This document shows positions 62,589 to 64,000 of a DNA stretch of 64,000 nt, one piece after another (the first letter of the stretch is position 1; each line of letters opens with the position of its first letter). The DNA lies in the NCBI GenBank assembly GCA_034520565.1, contig JAXHNL010000001.1, positions 81,482 to 145,481 of the forward strand, given 5' to 3'. The translations under genes and the position numbers were made by a program. This DNA is from Halodesulfurarchaeum sp. (GTDB lineage Archaea > Halobacteriota > Halobacteria > Halobacteriales > Halobacteriaceae). The notes below the pieces were generated by a model. It saw only the letters and a list, made by a program, of their open reading frames with translations. It ran no database searches and was not told where the DNA came from.

Positions 62589-64000
62589 TTATACGGCGTC
62601 CTCCAGTTCGAGGCGGGGGGCGATTCCAAGCGCCTTCATTTCGTCGAGCAGGAGTTTGAAGGCGTAACTCATCTCGATCTCGTGAACGTCTGTCTCCTCT
62701 CCACAGTTCGGACAGTAGACGCGACGTTCGTTGACGTTCTCCACGGCGGCCATGCCACAGTTCCCACAGATGTGGATGTACTCCTTGTCGGAGGAATCCA
62801 CGAGGCGCTCTTTGAGCACCATCGCGGCCCCGTGGCCGATGACCGTGTCCCGCTCCATCTCACCGAGACGCAGGCCACCCTCGCGGGCTCGGCCTTCCGT
62901 CGGCTGGCGGGTGAGCACCTGCACCGGTCCCTTCGACCGGGCGTGGATCTTGTTCGACACCATGTGGTAGAGTTTGTGGTAGTAGATGGTGCCGACGAAG
63001 ATCTCGGCCTCGATCTTCTCCCCGGTGATTCCCGAGTACAGGACCTCCTTCCCCGAGGACTTGAAGCCGTGTTCCTCGAGGGATTCGCGGAGTTCGCTCT
63101 CGTCCTCGCCGGTGAAGGGCGTGCCGTCGACGCGTCGCCCCTCGAGCGAGCCGACCTTGCCGCCGAGCATCTCCAGCACGTGGCCGACCGTCATCCGCGA
63201 CGGGAGCGCGTGTGGATTCAAGACGAGGTCCGGCACGACGCCCTGTTCGGTGAAGGGCATGTCCTGCTGTGGGGCGAGGTGGCCGACGACCCCCTTCTGG
63301 CCGTGGCGGGACGCGAACTTGTCCCCGAGTTCGGGGATCCGTTCGTCACGCACCGAAACCTTCGCGAGTTTCGAGCCGTCCTCGCCCTCCATGAGCGTGA
63401 CCGTGTCCACGACGCCGTCTTCGCCAGAACGCATGGTGACTGAAGTCTCCCGGCGCTTCTGCGGGGAGAGCCCGCCCATGTCGTCCGGTTCTTCGAGGAA
63501 CCGTGGCGGCGAGGTCTTCCCGAGAAGGACGCTGTTCTCGTCGACGACCGTCTCCGGGTTGACGAGCCCGTCCTCGTCGAGGTGGGTGTAGGCGTCCTCG
63601 CCGCGGGATCCGCGTACATCCGTGTCGGGGATCTCGAACCGGTCCTCCTGACCGCCCGGATAGCGGCGCTCCTCGCCCTCGTAGGTCCGGAAGAAATGGG
63701 ACCGTGCGAGGCCACGTTCGACCGAGCCCTTGTTCATGACCAGGGCGTCCTCGATGTTGAACCCCTCGTAGGACATGACCGCGACGACGAAGTTCTGCCC
63801 GGCCGGGCGGTCGTCGTAGCCGATCTGCTCGGTGGTCTGGGTCTTGACCATCCCCTTCTGGGGATAGTGCAGGAGGTGCGCTCGGGTGTCCGGGCGAATG
63901 CGGTAGTTCGCAGCCGGCAGCCCGAGTGACTGCTTCATCATCCCAGCGCCCATCGTGATACGTGGCGAGGCGTTGTGCTCGGGGTAGGGAAGCCGATCGT
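62589..64000 (-). CDS. rpoB1: RNA polymerase subunit B' (Rpo2C), 5'-partial
   Basis: [49 protein letters not shown]. Confidence 0.97.
   Translation of the reverse strand, partial: DRLPYPEHNASPRITMGAGMMKQSLGLPAANYRIRPDTRAHLLHYPQKGMVKTQTTEQIGYDDRPAGQNFVVAVMSYEGFNIEDALVMNKGSVERGLARSHFFRTYEGEERRYPGGQEDRFEIPDTDVRGSRGEDAYTHLDEDGLVNPETVVDENSVLLGKTSPPRFLEEPDDMGGLSPQKRRETSVTMRSGEDGVVDTVTLMEGEDGSKLAKVSVRDERIPELGDKFASRHGQKGVVGHLAPQQDMPFTEQGVVPDLVLNPHALPSRMTVGHVLEMLGGKVGSLEGRRVDGTPFTGEDESELRESLEEHGFKSSGKEVLYSGITGEKIEAEIFVGTIYYHKLYHMVSNKIHARSKGPVQVLTRQPTEGRAREGGLRLGEMERDTVIGHGAAMVLKERLVDSSDKEYIHICGNCGMAAVENVNERRVYCPNCGEETDVHEIEMSYAFKLLLDEMKALGIAPRLELEDAV

Noticed and set aside
63988-64000. rpoB1 reads DRL-PYPEHN where GMI-PYPEHN would be expected
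   Set aside because: Only about 11 bases at the window edge; divergence, error and an insertion junction cannot be distinguished.

Overview
High-GC haloarchaeal (class Halobacteria) chromosomal segment with an acidic proteome. Most of it is core housekeeping genes: tfb, aspS, CoA synthesis, rpl37ae-rpoP, cimA, cdrS-ftsZ2, lig, rpl15e, proteasome alpha/beta, and the rpoB1-rpoA1-rpoA2(intein)-nusA-rps12-rps7...fusA cluster, plus tRNA-Ser(CGA) and tRNA-Tyr(GTA). Several conserved genes carry single-base frameshifts that are most likely assembly errors. The main discovery is a ~6 kb AT-richer island between rps7 and fusA. It is built as three gene cassettes: a LOV/PAS histidine kinase; a DenV-like pyrimidine-dimer glycosylase; and a PD-(D/E)XK nuclease plus a hypothetical gene. 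Each cassette is bracketed by inversely oriented 27-bp quasi-palindromic sites (variable 9-bp arm, 9-bp spacer, invariant TATTCAGCA arm); five sites are clear and one is degenerate. This layout resembles dif/pdif modules, and no recombinase is encoded locally. An IS5-family element has inserted exactly into the 9-bp spacer of one site. Other notable items are a catalytically degenerate PilB/FlaI-like ATPase with its PilC-like partner, a cluster of membrane-anchored DNA-processing genes, palindromic elements derived from the tRNA-Tyr 3' end, and two intergenic tandem repeats.
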